Assembly (NCBI GenBank): GCA_030390025.1
Contig: JASTWF010000361.1
Location: 62,001 to 126,000, forward strand
DNA length: 64,000 nt
Reading direction: 5' to 3'
DNA from: Squalus acanthias
Taxonomy: Eukaryota
A model generated the notes under the pieces. That model did not search any database. It saw only the letters and a list, made by a program, of their open reading frames with translations, and was not told the origin of the DNA. Of this stretch, positions 12,250 through 24,780 are shown one piece after another (positions within the stretch are counted from its first letter, which is position 1; the number at the start of each line of letters is the position of its first letter). Both the position numbers and the translations under genes were made by a program.

Positions 12250-15200
12250 TCAAAAATGGGTTTAGAATGCATGTATGTAAACGCACAAGTGTGGTGAAAA
12301 AGGTTGGTGAGCTACAAGCACAATTAGGTGTTCAGAAAAGATAGGGAAGGAAAAAAGGGAGGTGGAGTGGCAGTGCTGATTGAGGAAGACATTGTAGTGA
12401 TGGAAAGGGGGGATGTTCTTGAGGGGACAAGGACAGAATCCATTTGGTTAGAGTTGAGGAGCAAAAAGGGTATGATCAAGCTATTGGGGGTATTCTACAG
12501 GCCTCCAAATAGTGAGAGGGAGTTAGAGGAGCAAATCTGCAGGGAAATTGCAGAGACATGCAAGAGCTATAGAGTGGTGATATTGGGGGACTTTAATTAC
12601 CCAAATATCGATTGGGATAATGCTAGGGTAAAGGGAAAGGAGGCGGAGGAATTTCTGAAATGTGTTCAGGAGAATTTCCTTACTCAAGTGGATAGAGCAG
12701 TAAAGAAGGCCTATGGTGTGTTGGCGTTTATTAACAGAGGGTTTGAGTTTAAGAACCGTGAGGTTATGCTGCAACTGTACAGGACCTTGGTGAGACCACA
12801 TTTGGAATATTGTGTGCAGTTCTGGTCACCTCACTATAGGAAGGACGTGGAAGCATTGGAAAGAGTGCAAAGGAGATTTACCAGGATGCTGCCTGGTTTG
12901 GGGGGGAGGTCTTATGAGGAAAGATTGAGGGAGTTGGGGCTTTTCTCTTTAGAGCGGAGGAGGATGAGAGGCGACTTAATAGAGGTTTATAAGATGATGA
13001 GGGGGATAGATAGAGTGGATGTTCAGAGACTATTTCCTCGGGTAGAGGCAGCTGTTACAAGGGGGCATAACTATAAGGTGCATGGGGGGAGATATAGAAG
13101 GGATGTCCGAGGTAGATTCTTTACTCAGAGAGTGATTGGGGTGTGGAATGGACTGCCTGCTGTGATAGTGGAGTCGGACACTTTAGGAACTTTCAAGCGG
13201 TTATTGGATAAGCACATGGAGCACACCAGAGTGATAGGGAGTGTGATAGCTTGATCTTGGTCTCGGACAATGCTCGGCACAACATCAAGGGCCGAAGGGC
13301 CTGTACTGTGCTGTACTGTTCTATTTAAATATGTTCTTGGCCCAATGAGGAAGGAGGCATTGCTGGATCTGGTGCTGGGGAATAAGGTGGGCCAGGTCGA
13401 CCAAGTGTCTGTGGGAGAACACTTGGGTACGAGTGAGCATCGCATCATAAGATTTAGATTAGCAATGGAGAGGAGCAAGGAACAATCTGGAGTGGAACTT
13501 CTAAACTGGAATAGGGCTAATTTCAATGGAGTGCGAAAGGATCTAGCCAGGGTAAAATGGAACCAAAGACTGACAGGAAAAACTGTAACGGAACAATGGG
13601 TGATCTTTAAGGAGGAGATGTTCCAAGTACAGGCTAGGTACATACCAACAAGAGGGAAGGGTAAGGGAACCAAAGCAAGGGCTCCTTGGATGACGAGGGA
13701 GATAGAGAAGATGATGAAACAAAAAAAGAGGGTGTATGATGCATGTCAGGGGAGACCCAGACCAAATACAATAAGTTGAGTGGGGATGTGAAGATGAAAA
13801 TAAGATTGGCTAAAAGAGAATATGAGAGTAGAATGGCGGTTAACATAAAAGGGAACCCAAAAATCTTCATGTAAACAGTAAGCAGGTAGTAAGAGGCGGG
13901 GTGGGGCCTATTAGAGACAAAGAAGGTGATATATGCTTAGATTCACAGGGCAAGGCTAGAATACTCAATGAGTACTTTGTATCAGTGTTTACTAAGGAGG
14001 TGGATGCTGACAAAATCTTCCCTAGATGTGGGGGAGGTGCCTGAGGATTGGAAAGTGGCAAATGTGACACCATTGTTCAAGAAAGGGTGCAAGGACAATC
14101 CTAGTAACTACAGGCCGGTCAGTTTAACATCAGTGGTGGGTAAAGTATTAGAAACAATAATCAAGGAAAAGATTAACAGGCACTTGGAGAGGTTTAAGCT
14201 AATTAAGGAGAGCCAACACGGATTTGTAAAAGCCAGATCGTGTTTGACTAATCCAATTGAATTTTTTGATGAAGTAACAGGGAGGATCGATGAAGGGAAT
14301 GCAATGGATGTTGTCTACATGGATTTTAGGAAGGCATTTGACAAAGTACCACATAGAAGGCTGGTTAACAAAATTGAGGCTCATGGAATAGGTGGGTCAG
14401 TGGTAGCTTGGATAAGGAATTGGCTTAAGGACAGAAAACAGCGAGTTGTGGTAAATGGCTGTTTTTCAGACTGGAGGATGGTAGACAGTGGTGTTCCCCA
14501 ACGGTCAGTGCTGGGGCCACTGCTATTTTTGACATATATAAATGACCTGGATATTGGAATACAGAGTAGAATTTCTAAATTTGCCGATGACACCAAACTT
14601 GGGGGTGTGGCAAACAGTGAGGATGATATCAATCGACTGCAACAGGACATAGAAAGGCTAGCAGAATGGGCAGACAAGTGGCAGATGGAATTTAATACAG
14701 AGAAGTGTGAGGTGATGCATTTTGGCAGAAGGAACAGGAAGAGGCAATATACACTTAATGGCACAGTTTTAAAGAGTGTGCAGGGACAGAGGGCCCTGGG
14801 AGTTAATTTGCATAGGTCCCTGAAGGTGGCGGGACATATTGAGAGTGCTTAGCAAAGCATATGGGATCTTGGGCTTCATAAATAGAGGTATTGATTACAA
14901 AAGTAGAGAAGTTATGCTGAACCTTTATAAAGTGCTGGTTAGGCCACAACTGGAGTATTGCGTCCAGTTCTGGTCACCACACTTTAGGAAGGATGTGAAA
15001 GCACTTGAAAGGGTGCAGAGGAGATTTACCAGAATGGTTCTGGGGATGGGGGATCTTAGGTACAAGGACTTGGAGAAGCTGGATTTGTTTTCACTAGAGC
15101 AAGGGAGGTTGAGGGGCGATTTGATAGAGGTGTACAAGATTATGACGGGTTTGGATAGGCTAGACGGGGAAAGACTGTTCCCACTAGTTGATGGTACAAG

Positions 15201-15480
15201 GACTAGGGGACACAGAATTAAGGTTTTGGGCAAGAGATACAGAGGGGAATGTGAGGAAAAACTTTTTTACGCAGCGAGTGGTGAGGACCTGGAACTCGCT
15301 GCTGACAGAAGTGGTGGAAGCGGAGACACTCAATGTTTTCAAGGGGAGACTGGATAGGCACTTGAGGGAAATAAACTTTCAGGGGATAGAGTGGGACAAT
15401 GTAACTGACTGGATTGCTCTACAGAGAGCAGGCACGGACTCGATGGGCCAAATGGCCTCCTTCTGTGCCGTTATGACTCT
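12250..15480 (+). mobile_element. Degenerate CR1 ORF2 (APE endonuclease + RT), with a nested CR1 3' fragment at ~12688-13325
   Basis: GVFYRPP, GDFNYP, LDLVL (endonuclease); NYRPVSLTS, QHGF, DFRKAFD, SGVPQ, KFADD (RT); the nested piece VDRAVKKA...FFTQRV with its own 3' end splits the endonuclease between ENFLTQ and YVLGP. Confidence 0.92.
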
Positions 15481-15482
15481 AT

Positions 15483-15800
15483 GGGGGAAAAATTCAGTTG
15501 GTTGCGCCTCCCGTTAACGCCTTAAGAGGGCGCTAATGGGGCGCAAAGCATCTAGCGCCCAGGCGCGGCGAAGTTTGCACCGCTTGCGAAATTAACTAGA
15601 CATTTTGCGGCTGCGCTAAACACTACCGCCACGATCTCCTGCGCCGGCAGATCATGACGTCACTCGAGTGCGCAACGCCCCGGTATCGCCCCGCAGCGGA
15701 TATTGAATGGCGCCCCCTGCCTTACCGCCTGACACTAGCAACGTCAGGTTGAGGGGAGCGTTCTGCAGTCATGAAGGGAAAGGGGGAGCGCTATTTAAAG
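15483..15800. mobile_element. GC-rich element related to the 10320-11048 insert, opposite orientation; right boundary uncertain
   Basis: GGGGGAAAAATTCAG...GCGCCTCCCGTTAACGCC...GGGCGCTAATGG resembles the reverse complement of ~10990-11048. Confidence 0.45.
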
Positions 15801-16619
15801 GTGACCACGTCCTGCCTTTTATTGTTGGTGCCATTTTTGAACTACGCATTCTGAGAGAGAGAGGCAGAGACTTCTGGAGAGATTCAACGTTGTGTGAAGG
15901 AGTTTTGGGTACTGAGCAGCACTTTGCAGGTTCATTTTGATTTGCCATTCCTTGTATCGATTTAGCAGAGACTGTGGGGGCTGCACTCTGAGCTCTTGGC
16001 CTGGTACTCTCCATTGTTCTTAAAGGGAATGGTTAATCTTGCTTTCCATCCACATCCTGCTCATTGCAGCCTTGAATCTCGGCCTGGATTATTGTTTCTA
16101 AAAGCTTACCACCACCGCCGTTAAACTGACTGGCCAGTAATTGCCAAGTTTTGGGAAAAGAAACCCAGGAACAACATTTGCAACTCTGGAGTCTCATCAA
16201 CAGTCTTAGAACAGAAAACAAAGCCATTTAATGAGGCGTTTTACCTCAGGTTAAGAATATAGGCTGTGAAGGGAGTTGCAGAGATCCCAGGGCAGCGACA
16301 CACAGAGCCAGCTCACAGCTCCCCCGGCTAGCAACACCAACACAGACCTACCAAGATATTCCCACTTGCTACTCATCACAGCAGCAGGGGGAAAGCAGCA
16401 AGCGTACAACAGAAGAAAATTAAAGTTTAATCATGAAATAGGAGAGTCTTCTTCTTTCGTATGGTAGCAGCAAAGTAAATCAAATGTCAAAATCTCAGTC
16501 AGATATCCAGGCCAAAGCTTCTGGTGTAACAGCGTGGATATCTTGTAGGCTGCCTGTGAATTTCCTCTGAGGGCAGCGCTCAATGATGTGCTCCAGGGTC
16601 TGATCAGGAGCTCCACAGT

Positions 16620-17165
16620 CACATGGAGAAGGTGGCAGCATCTACGGTTCTGAGGCGGTTGATGGTTGTCCACTGTTTGCGAGGAAAGTTTGATCCTTCA
16701 GGTTGTACTGTGGAGTCCTCTAGAAGGAATCCATTCCGTATGTTGCAGTTCTTCCAAGCATTTCGCCATCGGTCACCAAGGCTGAGGGGAGATCGCTGAA
16801 GGGCTTCGGCGACGATCTGAAATGGCCTTCTAGATTTGAGACGGGTTGGTGGTCGGTTGTTCAAGTCGGCCTGGATCGTGTCTTTGCTGGTGTAGCGGTT
16901 GTATTCTCTGGAGACTGCATATTCGCAGCGTAGGTGTGGTGGTGCGATGTTTGCAAGCACGGGCAGCCAAGCTGTGGTGTCGATAAAAGCGTCCCGGTGA
17001 TAGTTCTCAGAGTCGAGTTCAGCTGAACATCAATGGATTTGACATACGGGCTTGATAGCCATGCTGGAGAGCAGTACTCCGCTGTAGAGTACACCAGGGC
17101 AAGTGCTGCCGTACAGAGGGTTTGAGCGTCTGCTCCCCATGTGGATTCGCCGAGTTTCTGGAGAG
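16620..17165 (-). mobile_element. Non-CR1 LINE ORF2 C-terminal fragment (Ingi/Vingi-like), frameshifted
   Basis: Minus frames give YSTAEYCSPAW...DVQLNSTLRTITGTL, LANIAPPHLR and PRKQWTTINRLRT, recalled as typical post-RT motifs of Ingi/Vingi-type LINEs; clade assignment not verified. Confidence 0.6.
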
Positions 17166-17174
17166 TAAGAGAGT

Positions 17175-17575
17175 TACAGCAGGGGTTAGATACAGAGTAA
17201 AGCTCCCTCTACACTGTCCCATCAAACACTCCCAGGGCAGGTACAGCACAGGGTTAGATACAGAGTAAAGCTCCCTCTACACTGTCCCATCAAACACTCC
17301 CAGGGCAGGTACCGCATGGGTTAGATACAGAGTAAAGCTCCCACAACACTGTTACCATCAAACACTCCCAGGGCAGGTACAGCATGGGTTAGATACAGAG
17401 TAAAGCTCCCTGTACACTATCATGTCAAACACTCCCAGGGCAGGTACAGCACAGGTTAGATACAGAATAAAGCTCCCTCTACACTCTCCCGTCAAACAAT
17501 CACAGGGCAGGTACAGCATAGATTAGATACAGAGCAAAGCTCACTGTACACCGTCACATCAAACGTCAGGGCAGA
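17175..17575 (+). repeat. ~67-bp tandem repeat, about 6 units (GGGTTAGATACAGAGTAAAGCTCCCTCTACACTGTCCCATCAAACACTCCCAGGGCAGGTACAGCA)
   Basis: Direct periodicity (unit starts 17183, 17251, 17318); same family at 60220-60420. Confidence 0.93.
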
Positions 17576-17614
17576 ATAAGGTCAAAGCAGGGAATAATGG
17601 TAAAAAATTGAAGT

Positions 17615-17853
17615 TGTTGAGGCTGCCGCGAAACACGAATTAAGGCTGAATCCATGTGTGGAAAAAGAGAGACTTTAATGCAACTGCATGGTCCAAAATG
17701 GCTGAACAGCCTGCTCCCAGAATTCTCTGGAAAAATCCTGAGGCCCCGCCCAATCCTGCCTTAAAGGTAAGGTGCCTTAAAGGGAAGGTGCATCGATATA
17801 TTGTCCACGGACGGAAAAGTGGGTAATGCCCGTTTAGGTGGCGATCCGCCACA
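17615..17853 (-). repeat. Gypsy 3' LTR (239 bp); PPT TTCTGGGGGGAGCTG adjacent on the minus strand
   Basis: Matches 54882-55120 with about 7 mismatches by eye; purine tract at ~17854-17868. Confidence 0.95.
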
Positions 17854-17873
17854 CAGCTCCCCCCAGAATCCGC

Positions 17874-20698
17874 TTAGGAGGTGTGGACGAGACGGTGCGA
17901 TGGTCTGATGGGCCGGCCGGAGCGGCTCTTGTAGGACGCCGGTGGACATGGAACGGCCGGGCGTGGAGCAGCCGGGTGAACCGGCTTGAGGGCAGGTCGG
18001 CCGCATGGAGGTGGACGAGCTACAGGGACCTGCTCACCGGGCTCCGAGTGTGCTGCCTTGAGTCGGTCCACCGACACTTTTTCGGTCCTGTCGCCCACTT
18101 GCAGGGTGAAAAATTTGTCCCCAGCCTGTAGCACCTTATAGGGCTCATCGTACGGGGGTTGAAGGGGTCCGCGGTGGGCGTCGTGCCGGACGAAAACAAA
18201 CCGTGCCTGGTGCAGGCTTAGTGGGACATGTGAGGTGGATTCGCCGTGTCGGGCAATGGGCACCGGGGCGAACTGCAGCGCCGGAGAGGCGCAGTCGTGG
18301 CGTTGCTGTTCGGCTGACCAGGGTGTCGTGGCGGTGGGCAGAAACTCACCGGGTACGTGCAGCGGCTGACCGTACACGAGCTCTGCTGCCGATGCGTGGA
18401 GGTCTTCTTTAACTGCGGTGCGCAGGCCGAGGAGGACCCACGGAAGTCGGACGGTCCAGGCGCCGTCTTGGAGGCTGGCTCGAAGAGATGGCTTCAAGGA
18501 TCTGTGGAACCGCTCACACAGTCCATTGGCTTGGGGGTGGTACGCTGTGGTGCGGTGAATGGTCACCCCGAGATTGCATGCGACGGCGGTCCAGAGTTCA
18601 GAGGTAAATTGCGGACCTCTGTCCGACGTCATGTCGGAGGGGACGCCGAACCGTGCGACCCAGGTGCTGACGAAGGCTCTGGCGATGTCGGCGGTGGTGG
18701 TAGAGGTCAGTGGAATTGCCTCAGGCCAGCGTGTGGTGCGGTCAACGATGGTCAGCAAGTGCGTGTGGCCTTGCGACGGCGGCAGGGGCCCGACGATGTC
18801 CACATGGATGTGGTCGAATCTCCGCGAGGGGACGGTAAACTCCTCGAGGGGTGCTTTCGTGTGTTGCTGTACCTTGGCCCGTTGGCAGGCTAGGCAGGAG
18901 TTGGCCCAAGTACGCACATCCTTGCGAAGGCCGCGCCAGACGAAGCGGTTGGCTACCAATTTGATGGATGCGCGGGCGCCGGGGTGGGAGAGGTTGTGGA
19001 GAATGTCGAATAACCGGCGGCGCCAGGACACTGGGATGACGGGCCGAGGTTGACATAGGGATATGTCACACTTGACCGTGACTGCGGTCGGGCCACAGGG
19101 GACGTCGGCCAGGCATAGCCCTGGTAGGTTGGTGGGTGCGGAGAGCAGATCAGGGTCGGTGATCTGGTCTGCTGCGAGTTGAGCGTAGTCGACTGCTAGG
19201 TGTGCGGCGTGGATGGCGGGGCGGGAGAGGCAGTCGGCTACCACATTGTCTCGGCCGGAGACGTGTTGGATGTCCGTGGTGAACTCGGACACTGCCGCGA
19301 GCTGGCGCTGCTGCCTGGCGGACCAGGGGTCGGTTGTCTTTGCCATTGCGAATGTCAGGGGCTTGTGGTCGACAAACGCAGTGAAGGGGTGACCCTCAAG
19401 TAAAAACCGGAAATGGCGGACCGCCAGGAACAGCGCGAGGAGCTCGCGGTCGAAGGTGCTGTACTTGACCTCCGGGGGGCATAGTTGGCGGCTGAAGAAG
19501 GCAAGTGGTTGCCAGGTGCCGTCGACCCACTGCTCATACACAGCGCCGACCGCATGGTCGGAGGCGTCCGTGGTGAGCGCTACCCTGGCATTGGGCCGTG
19601 GGTGCGCGAGCATGGTGGCGTTTGCGAGCGCGGTCTTGGTGGAGTCGAAGGCGGCGGACGCGTCTGCCGTCCATTCGACCGCCATCTTGCTGCTCCTGTC
19701 CCGGAGGGCTTCATACAGGGCCCTCATGAGGGACGCCGCTTTGGGGATGAAGCGGTTATAGAAATTCACCATCCCGAGGAACTCCTGGAGGCCTTTGATG
19801 GTGGTGGGGCGGGGAAATTGTCGGACGGCCTGCACCTTGGTGGGCAGGGGAATGGCCCCAGCATGGGTGATGTGGTGGCCGAGGAAGTCGATCTTGTCCA
19901 GGCCGAACTGGCATTTGGCTGGGCTGAGGATGAGCCCGTGGTCGCTGAGGCGCCCGAACAGGATGCGAAGGTGTTCGAGGTGTTCCTGCTTGGAGGAACT
20001 GGCTACCAGGATGTCGTCCAGGTAGACGAACAGGAACTTCAGGTCCCGAAGGACCGAGTCCATGAGCCGTTGGAATGCCTGGGCCGCATTTTTGAGGCCG
20101 AAGGGCATCCGCAGGAACTCGAACAGGCCGAAGGGGGTGATTACGGCTGTCTTGGGGATGTCCGCGGGGTGGACGGGGACTTGGTGGTAGCCGCGCACCA
20201 GGTCGACCTTGGAAAAGACTGAGCGGCCGGCCAGTCTAGCCGAGAAGTCCTGAATGTGCGGCACGGGGTACCGATCAGGGGTGGTGGCGTCATTGAGGCG
20301 GTGGTAATCCCCGCAGGGGCGCCAACCTCCGCCTGATTTGGGGGCGATGTGGAGTGGGGAGGCCCAGGGACTGTTGGAGCGGCAGATGATGCCGAGCTGT
20401 TCCATGGTGGCAAACTCGGTCCGCGCGATCTCCAGTTTGGCCGGGTCCAGCCTGCGGGCGTGGGCGTACACTGGGGGGCCTGTGGTGGGGATGAAGTGTT
20501 CCACCCCATGTTTGGTGGCCGCCGCGGAGAAGGTCGGATAGGTAAGGGCCGGGAATTCGGCCAGGAGTGCCGAGTAGTCATCCGTGGCCCGGGCGTGGCA
20601 CTGTGACGCCATGTCGGCGGGTAGACGGGGGGCCATGGCACCCAGGATGGGGGACATGGTGTTCATGTCCACGAGGCGGTGACGAGGGATGTCTACCA
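17874..20698 (-). CDS. pol: Gypsy pol, distal part (end of protease, RT, RNase H, integrase); open frame
   Basis: WASPLH, DLVRGYHQ, MPFGLKNA, YLDD, TDASD, DRELLA, HHCC (HNLSH...CLAC), DIVGPL/SDRG/ERFHR; joins AHGLLV at 53851+ when the insert is removed. Confidence 0.93.
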
Positions 20699-22363
20699 TG
20701 TAGAATTCGCAATACAATCGCGATTTCATAAATAAGGTGAAAACACATAGTTTCGCTCAAACAGCTTTTATTTCAGCAGAATGCTGTCAGGTTTTCAAAG
20801 TGGACACAAGCAGCCTGTAAAATGGCCACCACGCCTCGTGGCAGAACATTCTAGACTTTTCGATAAGCAGACAAGATGGCGTTCCAATAAACATTTGTGC
20901 GAGATCGATCAAGACTCAGCACATTTGAGATAATACACGAGACATTATGGGTTTGCAGTATGCACATAAATACTGAAATCGGTCTCCCAGGTGCGAATAA
21001 AGGGGCTATTGTACCAAGCGATCAAGAACCCATCCAAAGACATTAATACGCAAAATCCCCATGACTCTACGATGAGAGAGCCGTTTGTGGGTAGTTACAG
21101 AAAACATTTAGAAGCCCCAAAACCCCTCCAGGGAGAATACCGACCGGTTACACATTGGGAAAAGTATTAACAGGTACTCAGACAGTTACGAGTATCCCCG
21201 AAACCCATTAAAACGGAGATCACCCTATACAAGAAATTTGAGCGCCAAAACCCTAACAAAAGAAAAGACATTAAGGTTGGGCGGGAAAAGAAGAGTTTCA
21301 GCACTATAACTGAAGAACTACAACCGTCCATCTTTCTCTTATTCTCCTGCCTCTTGCCGCTTGCATCGTGCCTCTGCCTCTTGCAGCTCTTAAAGACTAT
21401 CGAACTTTCTGATCCGCCAGGATCAGCCTCGTGGCTTGCCGCGAAGATCTGTGTGGAACTGGGCTGTGAAGCCTTGAAACGGGCACACCATCCCGAGAAG
21501 TCGGTAAACGGTGTTGGAACCGAAGGCCCGAGATGAGATGAGATGAGATGTGATGAGATGAGAAGAGAAGAAGACGACCATACGTATCGCCACGGTCAGT
21601 AAGCCCCGACCGCGCCTGTAGGTCGAATAGACATTTTCCTTGCCCAGGAAGACTCTCTTTTGAGCTTTACAGAACTGGCATCGGAAGACTATTCTTCGAA
21701 TTTTATCGCATCAGTGCGAGGGCACAGGAAGACTCTTTTTTGAGTAGTATCGGAACTCCGAGGACAACACAGATCTTCATGACAGCAGACGGTCCAGCCT
21801 GCTAGCCGGAGCAGAAACGAGTAAACAAGAGGGGTACAGAGACCCCTGATCAACACGTGGGTGATCAGGTGCTGCGGTAAAAACATCCGAGCAGAGTTTT
21901 CGGAATTCTCCGAGTTATCACGAGTGGTGAGCATGAGTCTCGATCCTACAAATCTAGTTTAGAGCAGGTATTGATAGGGGAGGGTTTAAGTTTAAGGATA
22001 ATTGTAATGTGTGCCCCCATTTACGATGTGTCGTTCGTTCCTCGTTTCCCTAAAGTCAGTTACATAACTGCGTGTAAGATTGTACTGTCATTAATCTGTG
22101 CTTATGACATGTATTTCATAATCTTGAATAATATGCAATAAAGATTTTCCATTTCGCACTATTCAACCGGGTCTACCTGAATTTTCTCTCCATTATTGCT
22201 CTCGCATCTAAGTCCAGTGTCAGAACCGTAAGGGCGAGTGGGTCGAACCACTCACAGGTGTCTAGTGCTCCCAGACTGGCTGGAGACCAGAACAGGCAAC
22301 AAGGCCTAACCTCGCACTAGCACCCAGGCTGAGCACAGAGCCACACGGGTCGAAACCCTCACA
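20699..22363 (+). repeat. Provirus A 5' LTR (1665 bp) with (GATGA)n microsatellite at ~21530-21563 and AATAAA at 22137
   Basis: Matches 52187-53850 with about 14 differences by eye, including one 1-bp indel. Confidence 0.95.
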
Positions 22364-22367
22364 GAAA

Positions 22368-24173
22368 ATGGCGACCACGGCAGGACACTGGCAGCGAGAG
22401 GGTAATGTGTTAGACCTTGGTATGATTGGGCGAAATGTCATGGAAGAGAGAATAGCAGATTATGTGTTCGGAAAAGTGAATTTGACCAAGAAATGGATAA
22501 GTGACCTGCTGGTGGATAAGCGTCCACTAGAGGCAGCCGAGAGGTGGACAGATAGCAAGGAACATAAAAAGGCAGTGGAGAAAGCGGTCTGGCTGATGTG
22601 CTATAAAAGACAAGTCCAAATTTCGGACCAGGTCATCTTAGCGCAGGCAGCTCAGATCAGGAGTTTAGAGTTGGAAATGGACGAGAAGGTCACGGGGGGG
22701 CAGCTGCTCATCACGAATTTAAATGCGTTGCATCAAGAACGCCAGGTAGTCACCAACCACCATAAAGCAAAAATAGATTACCTCAAGTGCCAGGTCACTG
22801 AGGCAAAGTTAAGTGAGGGCAGATTAAAGGAACGATGTGCCCGCCAAGCTGCCCAAATAAAAGCCCAGGAAGAGAGCTTAACGGGGGTTAGAGCGGCATA
22901 TAAGATGGCCCTCGAGGATAAATTTCAGGGGGCCGATCACAGCGTCTGCCAAAAGGAGATAGAGCACCTTAAAAGGGCCGTGAACAAAGCGCACGGTATG
23001 GTGTGCCTTATCAGTCCGTCAGCACACCAGCTGCTAGTGGATGAGGAATTTCAGAAATCCCCACCGAACAAAGCAGAGGAAGTATTAGCCACTATGCCCT
23101 CCGCGCCACCCAGCTATTCGGAAACCTGGGTAAGGGAGAAAGTGGTAGAAGTAACGAAAGAGCCCACCGAGGTAGAAGTGGAACCGGGACCGTTGTGTCC
23201 GGTCACGGGTATCAAAAGGGGCCCGAACAGAGACGGTGGGGAACAAGGGGATCTCCTCAACCAGCTTGTGTTGCCTCACAGCTCACACCAGCTGAGGATT
23301 ATGATCAGTCACGTACCGAAGCTGGCCGAGTCAGACGACCCTTCCGTACATTTTAGGGAAATAGAGCAAACCGCAGCCATTAACGGCTGCGACGATGGGG
23401 AAACAGCAAAGATGCTGTTATTCTCATTAGGTAGTTCGATCCTTCAGTGTCTCTCGGACGAGAGCAAGAGGGGAACTAAGACCTATGGAGCACGAAGAAA
23501 TGAGGTCCTAGAAGTATTGGGAGCGGACGATGAAGGTCCGTTTGTTAGACTGGGACAGACAGTACAGATGGAGGGAGAACCCCCGAAGGTTTTCGCTGAC
23601 AGGCTGTGGCCAGTATACCAGCGTAGCTGCCCAGGTGCGCCAGAGCGCGCCGATGTGGCAGACACCGGTTTAACTCATTGGCTCAGGTGTATAGTAACCA
23701 ACAGTTTGCCAGCCGTCAGGGAGCAGGCAAAAGCATGGTTTGATCCCACTGACCCCGCCACTACAGAGGAGTCGGTCCTAAATCGACTCACGGTGGGGTA
23801 CCGTAATACCAGAAGTATGGGAGCACGTCCCCTTAAGGGAAAGGTGCATGAGGCACGACCCGCAGCCCCGGCTCAAAAGGAGTGGCATCAGGAGGGTAAC
23901 CGCGCCCCGCAGGCCAGTAATGCTTGTTACGGGTGTGGGAAGACAGGGCACTGGCGCAAGAACTGCAGGAACCCTTGGAAGGATTCCAGGGATAAAAATC
24001 CCGCAGCCTGAGCCCAGGCGCCTGTCTCTGATAGGGAAGCTAGTACACCCATCCATCCCGACGCGATCGAAACAGTGTTGGGAGCCATGCGTAACCTCAT
24101 GAGTGCGCATGGAAAGGTGGCGGTTGCTACCGGCCCCGCAGGTGCCACAGCCCCGTCTAATAGTACCCAATGA
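22368..24173 (+). pseudogene. gag: Provirus A gag (coiled coil, PSAPPSY, capsid-like region, CCHC knuckle); premature TGA at 24009-24011
   Basis: CYGCGKTGHWRKNC knuckle; sister copies have CGA (Arg) at the stop and run to SNSTQ-TGA (24171-24173). Confidence 0.9.
22369..22386 (+). promoter_or_regulatory. Primer-binding site, tRNA-Arg type (TGGCGACCACGGCAGGAC), overlapping the gag ATG
   Basis: TGG start 5 nt after the LTR-terminal CA; the sister copy at 32563-32580 (TGGCGACCGCGGCAGGAC) complements the recalled 3' end of vertebrate tRNA-Arg(TCG), ...GTCCTGCCGCGGTCGCCA. Confidence 0.8.
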
Positions 24174-24780
24174 CTAGAGCCCGCACAGCCCGTCTACCTG
24201 TGTCCGCTCAGCTATGATGCGTGGAAGCGACCCCTGGTGGAGATGGAGGTAGAGCAACAGAAGGGTAGTTATTTGTTGGACACGGGAGCTTCTTGCACCG
24301 TGATTCATACAGATAGCCCTTTTGACTCACCGCTATCTACCAAGGTCCCATTCACTTTAGCGGGGTTCACGGAAAAAGAACAGGCTGGCGCGTTCTCCCT
24401 TCCGCTATCCATTCATTTAGGAGCACTCCACACCACGTGGAAGTGCATACTGATGAAATGGCAAGAGGGGGGTGGGAGAGGCATCCTCGGGTCCGATCTC
24501 CTATCGGGGCACGGGATCCTCGTGGACCTCAGGAATCACTGTCTCTGGGGGGCTAAGGGTGAAGAAGGCGAGGTAGTGGTAATTCCGGGGGAGGAAGAAA
24601 CAGGGGTCCTGTGTACCATGAAGCCATCCGGAGGCTACGACCTCGGGCTTACGGTCGCGGATGTCCCAACGGACATGCAAACGTACGTGTCAGATAATAT
24701 GCACGCGTTTGCAACCCACAAGCACGATTGTGGGAGGGTTACCGGGTTTGAGGTCAGCGTAGATGGGGACCCCATGACCC
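24174..24780 (+). pseudogene. pol: Provirus A pol 5' part (aspartic protease), cut by insertion B/C
   Basis: YLLDTGASCTVI...GILGSDLL; in frame with gag after TGA; resumes at 45227 (TRPQKQY). Confidence 0.92.

Noticed and set aside
16030..16620. Possible host exon in unique-looking sequence (also 9470-9750)
   Set aside because: No recognisable coding similarity or convincing splice-flanked frame visible; cannot be supported.
17175..17575. CRISPR-like regular repeats
   Set aside because: Contiguous tandem units without unique spacers; eukaryotic context; no cas genes.
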